NCBI GenBank assembly: GCA_048881705.1
Contig: JBHLSH010000022.1
Location: 11,928-45,438, forward strand
Direction: 5' to 3'
Length of the DNA stretch: 33,511 nt
From: Candidatus Heimdallarchaeota archaeon
GTDB taxonomy: Archaea; Asgardarchaeota; Heimdallarchaeia; Hodarchaeales; Hodarchaeaceae
Part shown: piece by piece, positions 8,497 through 17,715 of the stretch
Numbering within the stretch: the stretch's first letter is position 1
How the letters are laid out: every line of letters starts with the position of its first letter
The notes under the pieces: model-generated
What the model saw: only the letters and a program-made list of their open reading frames with translations
Told to the model about the DNA's origin: nothing
The model's database searches: none
Translations under genes and position numbers: made by a program

Positions 8497-10029
8497 ATGG
8501 CGAAAAAACTTGGGTCAAAAAACACCATGGATAGGGAAATAAGAAAGTTATGTTTTTATTTCGGTTTTTTTTGTGATTTAAATGCTGTGCCTAGAACTAA
8601 AACCCAGAAAAATCCAGTAAAACTAGTGAGATCGGGTTTATTTCACCTGAAGCGCAAGAATTGGAATAAAGCCCATAAGAAATTCGAAGAAGCTTTGGAA
8701 GATGAAGATCTCCAACAAAATCCGGGCGTTTGGTCTAATTTTGGAATCAGTTTGGCGAATTTGAACAGGTTATCTGAAGCGCAAGAGGCCTTCATGCGTG
8801 CGCTCACTCTTGACAAAAAAAATCCAAGTATTTGGATTAAAAAGGGATTAATAGAATACCAGCTAGAACGGTTCAAAGATGCAGCAGTCAGCTTTGAAAA
8901 AGCCAGAAACTTGGACAAGAAGGATTTTGAGATCCCTATTTTCTTAGCCCGGGCTCTCTACAAGCAGAAAGCCATCAAAAAATCAATCACAACCCTTGAA
9001 AGAGCGATGAACAGATTTCCACAATCGCATAAGATTCGGATCGAACTAGCCAAAATTTATTCCCAGGAGGAGGAAATGAAAAAAGCTGAGGAAGTTCTAG
9101 AGGCCGCTATCGGCAGCACGCCTCATCCCGAGCCTGGCTTAATCCTGGGACAGCATCTTCTTGACCAAAAGGATTACAATAAAGCCATAAAGATTTATGA
9201 GCGAGTTTTAAGCCAATTTCCGAATTCCGTTCATGCTCAATACGGACTAGGAATAGCAAAACACGCCCTAGGGGACTGGCCCTCTGCAATTTCCGAATAT
9301 AATAAGGCACGTATGATGTTCCGCCCGAATAAACCCCCCCAAGGTTTCTGGATAAATACAGCTCGGGTATTGAAACAACTAAAACGGTACAATGAGTCCA
9401 TAGATGCTTTGTACCGGGCAAAAAAAACAGGTAAACCCCCTCTCGAAGTTTTTATTCTTCTAGCAGAACTATATCTTGAGAAAGACATGCCAGAAAAGGC
9501 TAAAGAGGCCTTGGAAGAGGCATCAAGAGTTGATAAGGCTAATCCCCTGATTCCTTATTATATGGGACTGATTGAACTTCGTTACGGGGCTGTAAACCCC
9601 GCCAAAGAGCATTTTAAATGGAGCTTGGAACTCGATACAGATTTCATTGATAGCAAATTTCAACTGGCATTTCTTACATCGCGAGAAAACGCGCGAGAGT
9701 CATATATTTTGGCTTTGGAAATCTTAGATCAAGATTCGAACTATTATCCTGCAAGAAAATTGGCTGCTCGGCTGGCTTTCGGTTTTAAAGAATATAGAAA
9801 AACAATAGATCTCCTTGAATTGGCAATCGTCGAGGATCCGCCAAATCGATCAGATGATATTGAAATCCTCCTTAGGGCTTGGCTTGAGAATAATGAATCT
9901 GAAAAGGCTATTACTTTTTTTAAGCATCTTTTTAACAAAAACCAGTCTATTCGAGATCTTCTGATCACCAGTCCATTCGTGGCTCAATTTCTCAATGAAA
10001 ATGGTTTCCAAGAAGAAAATGACTTATAA
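8497..10029 (+). CDS. Tetratricopeptide repeat protein
   Basis: Many tandem 34-aa TPR-like units (e.g. VWSNFGISLANLNRLSEAQEAFMRALTLDKKN, AQYGLGIAKHALGDWPSAISEYNKA, IPYYMGLIELRYGAVNPAKEHFKWSLELD). The true start may be downstream, e.g. GTG at 8587. Confidence 0.85.
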   Translation: MAKKLGSKNTMDREIRKLCFYFGFFCDLNAVPRTKTQKNPVKLVRSGLFHLKRKNWNKAHKKFEEALEDEDLQQNPGVWSNFGISLANLNRLSEAQEAFMRALTLDKKNPSIWIKKGLIEYQLERFKDAAVSFEKARNLDKKDFEIPIFLARALYKQKAIKKSITTLERAMNRFPQSHKIRIELAKIYSQEEEMKKAEEVLEAAIGSTPHPEPGLILGQHLLDQKDYNKAIKIYERVLSQFPNSVHAQYGLGIAKHALGDWPSAISEYNKARMMFRPNKPPQGFWINTARVLKQLKRYNESIDALYRAKKTGKPPLEVFILLAELYLEKDMPEKAKEALEEASRVDKANPLIPYYMGLIELRYGAVNPAKEHFKWSLELDTDFIDSKFQLAFLTSRENARESYILALEILDQDSNYYPARKLAARLAFGFKEYRKTIDLLELAIVEDPPNRSDDIEILLRAWLENNESEKAITFFKHLFNKNQSIRDLLITSPFVAQFLNENGFQEENDL

Positions 10030-10068
10030 TCATCAAAAAATCGGGAATTATTACCACTGGTGACTTAA

Positions 10069-11421
10069 TTGAGACAAAATTACGGAAGAGGTATTGTTAT
10101 AGTTGGTACACAGTATGGAGATGAAGGAAAAGGTAAGATTGTAGATTACTATGCCTCAAAACCATATATCGATGCAGTTACAAGATTTAATGGTGGGGCA
10201 AATGCGGGACATACAATCATAACAAAGGAGGAAAAATACGCCCTAAATATGTTACCTTCAGGTATAGTGTATGGCAAGCCCTCTTATATAGGAAATGGGT
10301 GTGTCATAGACCTCGAGAGGGTAAAAGAAGAACTCACCCAGTTTCCCGACAAACACCATTTGCTCCATATTAGTGAAAGGGCGCAATTGGTTTTACCCCA
10401 CCACAAGATACTGGATCAATATCAAGAAATGATGAAGCAGAAAAGAACACTTGAAGTGGGAACAACCAGACGGGGAATTGGGCCCGCCTATCATGATAAA
10501 AGTTCTAGATTTGGCATTCGTTTTGGAGATCTATGGGATGAGGAACTACTGAAACAGCAGGTCGATCTACTCTCAGAATATTACCAAGGATTTCCTTTGG
10601 AAGTGCCCAAAGCTGTTCAACCAAACCATTTAATGGGCATATTTAGCAAGTGGAAAGATTCTTTTGAACGAATGTTGTGTGATACTGGCGTGATTCTTTC
10701 TAAGAAACTCGCCCAAGGAAAGAATGTACTTTTTGAAGGTGCCCAATCTACTCTACTGGATTTAGACCACGGTGTCTATCCTTTTAGCACCTCATCAAAC
10801 TGCGTGGTAGCATCTGCATCTACGGGAACAGGAATAGCTCCCCAAAACTTGACTGAGAGAATTGGCGTCGTTAAAGCATATACCTCCCGAGTGGGTGGAG
10901 GCCCCATTATATCGGAAATCAGCGACATTCCCGAAGGAAAAACACTTCAGAAAGAGGGTAGAGAGTTTGGTACATCTACTGGAAGACCTCGACGGATGGC
11001 CTGGCTGGATTTGATCGCAGTGAAATATGCTAGGCGATTAAATGGTTTAACGGGGCTCGCGCTGACGAAAGTAGACATCCTTGGACATTTAAAGGAGTTT
11101 GAGGTTGTAGTTGAATACCAAGGATACGAAACAGATTCAGATTTCCCCTCATACCCAATGAGAATTTCCGATATAAAAAGGATAAAACCCGTTACAGAAC
11201 TCTTACCTAGTTGGGGTACTTTGTCCCAAGAAAACTGGCAAGAGCTTAGGCTGAAAGGTTGGGATGCATTTCCTTCAGAGCTGAAGTCGTTGGTAAAGAT
11301 GATAGAAGATCGCATCGGAATTCCGATTTTATTGGTTGGAATTGGGCCTTCTAGGTCTGAAGTCGTTGAACGGAATGACCTAGAATCATTCATTTCCGTT
11401 CCTTCTCCTTACGGGGATTGA
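10069..11421 (+). CDS. purA: Adenylosuccinate synthetase (long bacterial/eukaryote-type form)
   Basis: QYGDEGKGK, RFNGGANAGHT, GTTRRGIGPAY, LFEGAQ, LDLDHGVYPFSTSS, REFGTSTGRPRR and LTKVD. TTG start with a GGTGA SD 5 nt upstream. Confidence 0.97.
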   Translation: MRQNYGRGIVIVGTQYGDEGKGKIVDYYASKPYIDAVTRFNGGANAGHTIITKEEKYALNMLPSGIVYGKPSYIGNGCVIDLERVKEELTQFPDKHHLLHISERAQLVLPHHKILDQYQEMMKQKRTLEVGTTRRGIGPAYHDKSSRFGIRFGDLWDEELLKQQVDLLSEYYQGFPLEVPKAVQPNHLMGIFSKWKDSFERMLCDTGVILSKKLAQGKNVLFEGAQSTLLDLDHGVYPFSTSSNCVVASASTGTGIAPQNLTERIGVVKAYTSRVGGGPIISEISDIPEGKTLQKEGREFGTSTGRPRRMAWLDLIAVKYARRLNGLTGLALTKVDILGHLKEFEVVVEYQGYETDSDFPSYPMRISDIKRIKPVTELLPSWGTLSQENWQELRLKGWDAFPSELKSLVKMIEDRIGIPILLVGIGPSRSEVVERNDLESFISVPSPYGD

Positions 11422-11428
11422 AGAATTT

Positions 11429-12229
11429 ATGACAGGCTTTTTTCTTAGGAATAAGGAAATAATTTTATTGGATTGCGATGGTGTAATATGGCGAGGCGAA
11501 CAACCAATACAGGGGGCGAGGGAAACATTAGATTGGTTACAATGCGCTGGATTTCGCCTTGGATTCGTAACTAACAATTCCTCACTTTCCAGATCTGGTT
11601 TTAAACAAAAATTCCACCGATTAGGATTTGATCCGAGGCATTTTACCATTATAAATTCAGCTTATGGCGCAGCATTATATTTAGAAGAGAATGGTTATAA
11701 TAAAGTGTTTATAATTGGAGAAATCGGACTTAGAGAAGAGCTCGAACTTAGAGGTATTAAAGTCGTTGAACGTTATGAACCAGAACTTCACGCAGTTTGC
11801 ATCGGTTGGGATCGCCATTTGACCTGGCAAAAACTGGCTGATGCAATGCGAGTGATATTGGATGACAACGGTGCATTCGTCGGTACCAATCCAGATAATA
11901 ATTACCCCATAGAGGAGGGAAGACTTGCCCCTGGGGCAGGTGCTGGCATAGCCGCCCTAGCAACGGCATGTAATCGAAAACCTGATGTCGTACTTGGTAA
12001 GCCCAACCCTTATCTACTAAAACTGGCGCTAATTGATATGAATTCACCCAATCCCTCCAAAGCAGTCTATATTGGTGATCGCCTCTCAACCGATATTATG
12101 GCAGGATTCAACGCAGGAATAGAAACAATTCTAGTTAAAACTGGTGTATACGAAGAAAACATTGACAAAAGAATAATACCTACATATGAGATTGATTCAA
12201 TTGCCCAGATTCCGGAATTAATGAGATAG
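11429..12229 (+). CDS. HAD-IIA family phosphatase (NagD/PGP/Pho13-like)
   Basis: Motif I DCDGVIW, motif II FVTNNS, GTNPD, motif III GKP and motif IV IGDRLSTDI. Confidence 0.93.
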   Translation: MTGFFLRNKEIILLDCDGVIWRGEQPIQGARETLDWLQCAGFRLGFVTNNSSLSRSGFKQKFHRLGFDPRHFTIINSAYGAALYLEENGYNKVFIIGEIGLREELELRGIKVVERYEPELHAVCIGWDRHLTWQKLADAMRVILDDNGAFVGTNPDNNYPIEEGRLAPGAGAGIAALATACNRKPDVVLGKPNPYLLKLALIDMNSPNPSKAVYIGDRLSTDIMAGFNAGIETILVKTGVYEENIDKRIIPTYEIDSIAQIPELMR

Positions 12230-12247
12230 ACCTAAAACAACTGACCG

Positions 12248-14989
12248 TTGGACGTATTTCATGTGTCTACTATAAAGAACCTTAGGCGGCATATCATTAT
12301 TGTGATTATTTTGTTCATGCCAATTACCAATTTAAGCCTACAACTGATTTGGTCAGAGGATATTTCACAGAAAGGTCAAAAACTTCAAAATTCGAGAATA
12401 CAGATCACAGAGGAATTTTTTCCACCAAAAAGCCCACGGTCTCTAACTTCAGATCTTCTTCCGGAATCATTGTGGCATCTTAACCATCCTACGGATATTG
12501 AGGACGAATTCAGAAGAATTTATTCCCAGATTGATCCTGAAACGGCTGATCAAGAAGGTCTGAAAGGCAAAAACGTCACAATTGCTGTTTTGGACACTGG
12601 TGTAAATCTTAACCCGTGGATCACTTCTGAACAATTGGTAGGAAATTATACGACCGTTTTTAATTCAACTTCAACGTCGGATGAACGTGGACACGGGACG
12701 ATGGTGGCTTCTATAATATCCAAGATCGCACCAGAAGCTCACATAATCAGTATACGAATTTCGAACGAATTAGGAGAAATAGAACCTACATGGTTTCGCA
12801 AAGGATTGGAATTAGCCCAGAGCCTAAATGTATCCATAATTCATGCCTCTGTTGGAACCGATGACTTAGACTCATTGAATTCGTCTTTTTTCTCTGAATT
12901 AGATGATCTAAATGTCACTACTGTCTTTGCAGCGGGCAATTTTGGTAGTAGTGGTCTGAGTTTGACAGCTCCAGCTGTATATGATGAACCAATCGCAGTA
13001 GGCATGGCCTATAATCGTTCAATTGTACCTCCCGTTAGTTCGGTAGGTCCGAGACCATCTGGACTTCTAGGGCCAGACATTGTTGCGCCAGGTGTTAATA
13101 TTTCAACATATGATCACAAAGGAACTCCCGTCCGTGGCTCAGGTACGTCATTTGCTGCTCCATTCGTTACTGGAGCAGTTGCTCTCCTTCGAGGTATTGA
13201 TGCATTCCCCAAAGCCCCACCTAGCCTCATTAAAGCCGCCTTAATGGAGACAGCAATGATTTTGAATGATACTCCACCAATTTTGCAAGGAAACGGTTTT
13301 CTGAATATTTCTGGAGCCTATCACAGGTTAAAAAACCTATCTCTGTCCCCATTGTTCTCATTCTCCCCCAAAACAATATCATCGAGTTTTCCATATTTCG
13401 GCCATGGAATAAACGGTATTTCGCAGAAATATCGGATTAGTTTATACAGCTCACCAAGAAATATCACTCTAAAATCAATAAATTCCTCCTTTATAAACCC
13501 CATAGAAGTATCCATTGGTCTGTTACCCCTTTCTATTTCTAGGGGAGTCAATTTCCTGAATTTGTCTCTATTCATTCCTAGGGATGCTACTATGGGCCTT
13601 TACAAGGGGCCCATAATCTTTAGTTTTGCCAATGAAAGCATGGTATGGAATATCAATATGACGGTAATGATAAGAAATCATTACCAAGGAGGAAAGATTC
13701 TGTTCTATCAAGGCTATGATAATGACACCTTTAGGTCATCAGGACCTGCAGGAACATATAGTCAATTACAGCTGTTCTTATCCGAATATTACGGAATGTC
13801 GGTAACTGGATTAATTCCTCCTGAAATATCCTTATACCTGGGAGGATCCCTTGTTGGAACTCCTGAGCGAAAACTGACTTCCGAAGATCTAGAGGGTTTT
13901 AATATCCTTGTTTTGGCTGATATTGAATGGGGAATTTCAGATGATGAGATCGCCCTTATTCAAGATTGGGTGGCCGATGGCCATTCTTTGTTTGTTCTAT
14001 CATATCCGTCATGGACAAACAACAAAGGATCGGAAAAATTCTCAAACCAAACGGCAATAAACCGACTTCTTGAACCCTACGGAATAATGATAGAGGATGA
14101 TCCTTCACTTACAGAGACGCAGAATCCTTTGTTTCCTCGGTTTAACGAGGCCAAATTAACCCCCACAAATCCATTAACGGCAGACGATCAGGTGAAAGAA
14201 GTCGTATTCAGCTATAATGGAACGTCCTTATCATTGAATCAAACTAGGGGGGCAGAAATCCTAGCAACGGCCCCTGATCTTACAAATAATTCTTTTGAGG
14301 TTCCTGTCGGGGCCTATTGGCAAGATAATACTTCTATTGGGAAGGTGATAGTTTTTGGGAGTGAACTTCCATTTAGAGATGGTAGTTACTCCCTAAGCAG
14401 TGCGGCATCGAATATAGTAATCGCTATTCGAACATTCCGATGGTTGATTGAAGATCAACAAATCCCAATTGAATTAATTCTCACCTCTAATCCAGTTGTA
14501 GGGGCTGCAACCACCATTCAAATCCAGATAGAGGATCCAGGTTTTTTGGTCTCTCAATTTAACGGAACGATTGTTGAATCCAATGGTTCCTTTAGTCAAA
14601 TAGTATTTTCAAAATCGATCAATGTATATGTTGGTTCATGGATACCCAAGGCACAAGGGTTTGCATTTCTTTGGCTAAATTTGGATTCCTCGGACGATAT
14701 TCAAACTGGTGGTCCTTTTATCATCGAAGTGATGGATCCTGCATCATCAAACCTCCTTTTCTTTATGATTTTTGGAGGCATTGCTTTACTGGGCCTTTCT
14801 TTCTATCTCTATTCATCCCGGCAGACGCCTCAAGGCTCCCCCCTCGATAGAAGACTTATGATTCTTCAAAAGCAAAAAAAGGGGACCAAAAAGGTCAGTC
14901 TAGAAACCGCTTCGATTTGTACAAAATGTCGTACCCCACGCTACAAAGATAATTCCAAATACTGTTGGAAATGCGGGAAGGAACTGTAG
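12248..14989 (+). CDS. Membrane-anchored S8 serine protease with GATase-like ectodomain, C-terminal TM and cytosolic zinc ribbon (site-1-protease-like)
   Basis: N-terminal hydrophobic signal. Triad IAVLDTG / GHGTMVAS / GTSFAAP with oxyanion AAGN. GATase-like segment (KILFYQGYDND...EIALIQDWVADGHSLFVL...GKVIVFGS). TM LLFFMIFGGIALLGLSFYLY, then CTKC...CWKCG. More than 20 N-x-S/T sequons. Alternative start GTG at 12263. Confidence 0.88.
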   Translation: MDVFHVSTIKNLRRHIIIVIILFMPITNLSLQLIWSEDISQKGQKLQNSRIQITEEFFPPKSPRSLTSDLLPESLWHLNHPTDIEDEFRRIYSQIDPETADQEGLKGKNVTIAVLDTGVNLNPWITSEQLVGNYTTVFNSTSTSDERGHGTMVASIISKIAPEAHIISIRISNELGEIEPTWFRKGLELAQSLNVSIIHASVGTDDLDSLNSSFFSELDDLNVTTVFAAGNFGSSGLSLTAPAVYDEPIAVGMAYNRSIVPPVSSVGPRPSGLLGPDIVAPGVNISTYDHKGTPVRGSGTSFAAPFVTGAVALLRGIDAFPKAPPSLIKAALMETAMILNDTPPILQGNGFLNISGAYHRLKNLSLSPLFSFSPKTISSSFPYFGHGINGISQKYRISLYSSPRNITLKSINSSFINPIEVSIGLLPLSISRGVNFLNLSLFIPRDATMGLYKGPIIFSFANESMVWNINMTVMIRNHYQGGKILFYQGYDNDTFRSSGPAGTYSQLQLFLSEYYGMSVTGLIPPEISLYLGGSLVGTPERKLTSEDLEGFNILVLADIEWGISDDEIALIQDWVADGHSLFVLSYPSWTNNKGSEKFSNQTAINRLLEPYGIMIEDDPSLTETQNPLFPRFNEAKLTPTNPLTADDQVKEVVFSYNGTSLSLNQTRGAEILATAPDLTNNSFEVPVGAYWQDNTSIGKVIVFGSELPFRDGSYSLSSAASNIVIAIRTFRWLIEDQQIPIELILTSNPVVGAATTIQIQIEDPGFLVSQFNGTIVESNGSFSQIVFSKSINVYVGSWIPKAQGFAFLWLNLDSSDDIQTGGPFIIEVMDPASSNLLFFMIFGGIALLGLSFYLYSSRQTPQGSPLDRRLMILQKQKKGTKKVSLETASICTKCRTPRYKDNSKYCWKCGKEL

Positions 14990-14991
14990 GA

Positions 14992-15915
14992 ATGCCTCCC
15001 ACTACCAGCCCACGAATTTTGACACATACTGATATGGATGGCGTTTGCTGTGCGGCCCTCTTCCTTCGTAAGTACGGAACAGACCTAGACGTAACCTATG
15101 CATCAGTAAAACAAGCTGGCGATCTGGACAAATCTGGGAGTTCGTTTGATTTTGTATGTGACCTCCCAAAAGTAGGAAATGCCATTAATCTGGATCATCA
15201 TAAATCGAACCACGACAATCTGGTTGCCAAAAATCGTCTTTCATCTGATGACATTATAGATTCAAACTCCCCTTCTGCAACCGAAATAGTATACAGTCAT
15301 TTAAATCTTGAGGGTGACCCAATAGCGAGCGAGATCAGAAAACTTGGGAATCTAGCCGATACGGCTCAACTCCCCTCAAGATTTCGTCCGTTAGATATGG
15401 TATTAAGCATGTATGCAGATGCACCGAAGATTCTGAGAGAAATTAGCGTCCTTTTGGCACAAAAAGGTGATAATATCCTCCTTTCCCCATGGTTAAAGCA
15501 GAAAGTGAGCGAGATTCGGGATTCATTTGACCAAACTAACAGAATAATTGAAAAATTCCTTATGAAGACTCCTAAGCTTGCCCCGATTCTTATTCTGGAT
15601 ACAAGGAACGTAATTCCAGGAAAGTTGGCGAAGGAGGTTATCAAACCGATTTTCGATTTAGGAGTCGCAGTACTTGCCGTGATATATCATAAATCCTCGG
15701 AGGAACCCATAAGAACGTCGCTTCGTGTGACTAAATCAAAACAGCAGGATTATGACGTTTCTCTTACCGCCATGGCCTTCGGAGGAGGTGGACATCGCAT
15801 GGCCGCTGCTTGCTCTCCAGACGAAATTGATATTCCCAAAAACCTCAAGAATGAACTCCAAAAGATCGCTCTTCCAGGAGACACTATTCAATACTTGCGG
15901 CTCACGGATGTTTAG
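14992..15915 (+). CDS. DHH/DHHA1 family phosphoesterase (NrnA/nanoRNase-like)
   Basis: THTDMDG, CDL, LDHH and a C-terminal GGGGHRMAA. The ATG at 14992 lies 2 nt after the protease stop and is preferred over the overlapping TTG at 14965. Confidence 0.88.
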   Translation: MPPTTSPRILTHTDMDGVCCAALFLRKYGTDLDVTYASVKQAGDLDKSGSSFDFVCDLPKVGNAINLDHHKSNHDNLVAKNRLSSDDIIDSNSPSATEIVYSHLNLEGDPIASEIRKLGNLADTAQLPSRFRPLDMVLSMYADAPKILREISVLLAQKGDNILLSPWLKQKVSEIRDSFDQTNRIIEKFLMKTPKLAPILILDTRNVIPGKLAKEVIKPIFDLGVAVLAVIYHKSSEEPIRTSLRVTKSKQQDYDVSLTAMAFGGGGHRMAAACSPDEIDIPKNLKNELQKIALPGDTIQYLRLTDV

Positions 15916-15918
15916 ATC

Positions 15919-17115
15919 TTGCGAATCGGAATCTTCTCAGATTCTTGGGTACCAAATCTCAATGGTGTTGTTATTTCAATAATTAACGAGATAATGAATC
16001 TTCGTAAAAAACATGAATTTGTAGTTATTGTCCCAAAACTAAAACAGAGCAGCAGATTTGGTATAGAAGGAATCCCGATTTACGAGCTCAAAAGTTTTCC
16101 TTTCCCCCCTTATCCTGGCTACAACATCGCTCTCCCTGACAGGAACCTAAGACATGCAATACGCGATGAAAAACTAGATTTCATACATTGTCATTCTCCT
16201 TTTTCCCTAGGATATGCAGCCGTGCTTAGTGCACGTTTGTTTAATGATTTGCCATTGATGAATACCTACCACACAGACCTGGTTAAATATTCAGGTCATT
16301 TAATAGGAGGATTCCAGGCAAAAAGATTCACACGATGGTTTGAACGTTTCGCATGGATTTACGTTCGTTGGTTCTATAAATATTCTGATGTAATAGTAAC
16401 TCCTTCAAAAACTTTGCAGCAAGCTCTGAGTTCCCATGGGGTTTTCCCGGTTTATTCCCTCCCAAATATGCTATCTAACGTTTTTTTCTCAACACCAAAG
16501 AAAAATGAAGTTGAGGCTTTTGAAGAACATATTCGTGATAAATTTTCCATTCCGGCTACTTCCAGAATAGTTCTCTATTGTGGTCGTGTTTCCTACGAAA
16601 AAAAGTTGGAAGTCCTCCTGAATGCATTTAAACGGATAGAACGGGAACTAGAAGATGTTTATCTACTAATCATTGGTGATGGACCTCATTTACAGATGTA
16701 CAGAAACCTTGCAAAGACTTTGAAGCTCAAACAAATTGCCTTCACTGGTTTTATTAGCCATACAAAACTTCCTCTAGCCTATCGAATGGGGATGTTTATG
16801 GTTACCCCATCAGATACTGAAACCCAGGGCCTTACTGTTATCGAAGCTATGAGCCAAGGGCTACCTGTTATTGGAGTTTCGGGGGGAGGAGTAATGGATT
16901 ACATCGAAAATGGAACCAATGGATTTTTGGTACCACCTGGAGATGATGAAGCGCTTGCCAAGGTGATTGTACGGCTATTAAATAAACCTGAATTGGTTTC
17001 TGAGTTCAGCCGAGCAGCTACTAGAACTGTAAAGAAATTCTCTAGAGATGGATTTATTACTCAACTAGAGCGTGCGTTCCAAATCACTATTTCTCGCCAC
17101 AATGGAAGGGATTAG
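15919..17115 (+). CDS. GT4 glycosyltransferase, monoglycosyl-diacylglycerol synthase-like (LafA/BgsB/MGS type)
   Basis: MRIGIFSDSWVPNLNGVVISI, IHCHSPFSLG, TYHT, YCGRVSYEKK, IGDGP and PSDTETQGLTVIEAM. TTG start 3 nt after the DHH stop. Confidence 0.85.
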   Translation: MRIGIFSDSWVPNLNGVVISIINEIMNLRKKHEFVVIVPKLKQSSRFGIEGIPIYELKSFPFPPYPGYNIALPDRNLRHAIRDEKLDFIHCHSPFSLGYAAVLSARLFNDLPLMNTYHTDLVKYSGHLIGGFQAKRFTRWFERFAWIYVRWFYKYSDVIVTPSKTLQQALSSHGVFPVYSLPNMLSNVFFSTPKKNEVEAFEEHIRDKFSIPATSRIVLYCGRVSYEKKLEVLLNAFKRIERELEDVYLLIIGDGPHLQMYRNLAKTLKLKQIAFTGFISHTKLPLAYRMGMFMVTPSDTETQGLTVIEAMSQGLPVIGVSGGGVMDYIENGTNGFLVPPGDDEALAKVIVRLLNKPELVSEFSRAATRTVKKFSRDGFITQLERAFQITISRHNGRD

Positions 17116-17133
17116 ATTCCTTAGTCTTACTCC

Positions 17134-17140
17134 TTTTTTT
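17134..17140 (+). terminator. Oligo-T terminator candidate
   Basis: A T7 run preceded by pyrimidines, about 20 nt after the GT4 stop. This matches the archaeal intrinsic terminator pattern. Confidence 0.4.
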
Positions 17141-17216
17141 CGAAACCACCAATAGAATTAAATCCAATCTCGTTATAGCCCCTGACACTTAATACAGAAC
17201 ACAAAACATTTGGATT

Positions 17217-17663
17217 GTGAAAAATATGATTCTTCAACAGAATATCGATTTGAGTGATATAACTACACTCATCCTTTTGATCATTGCGATAATCTTGGTC
17301 GCAATATATCTATATATTGGAACTCGGTTAATCGCTGGGAAAAAAGAAACCGATACTGGATACATAATACGCTTGTTACTAGTTGCCGCAATAATCGTGA
17401 TATTGGTCGCAGTCGTAATCGGCACGATCGTTGGGGTTGTTAGCCCCATACCCTATGTTGCTGAAGCTGCCGCGGGCCTTATACCTGTTTTAATATACCT
17501 TGCAATTGTCTATCTAATTAAATTTATTCTAATCCCGGAAAAGAGCGATGTAACAAAGTGGAGTGCGTCAGTTTGGATTGGAGTCATTACTCTCTTTCTG
17601 ATATATCTTTTTAACGCGATCACTACCTCCCTTGGTTTTCCAAACATTATCGGAGGAATCTAG
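17217..17663 (+). CDS. Small 4-TM membrane protein, function unknown
   Basis: Four hydrophobic stretches separated by short charged loops (GKKETDTG, PIP, PEKSDVTKW). Start is GTG 17217 or ATG 17226. Confidence 0.75.
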   Translation: MKNMILQQNIDLSDITTLILLIIAIILVAIYLYIGTRLIAGKKETDTGYIIRLLLVAAIIVILVAVVIGTIVGVVSPIPYVAEAAAGLIPVLIYLAIVYLIKFILIPEKSDVTKWSASVWIGVITLFLIYLFNAITTSLGFPNIIGGI

Positions 17664-17697
17664 AAAGGTTTTTGTCTTACCAAACTTTTCCTCCCCC

Positions 17698-17704
17698 TTT
17701 TTTT
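17698..17704 (+). terminator. Oligo-T terminator candidate
   Basis: A T7 run after a C-rich stretch, 35 nt after the membrane-protein stop. Confidence 0.3.
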
Positions 17705-17715
17705 GGTTAGGAAAG

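Noticed and set aside
17632-17715. N-terminal extension of the 289-aa ORF
   Set aside because: It overlaps the preceding gene and contains a T7 terminator-like run.
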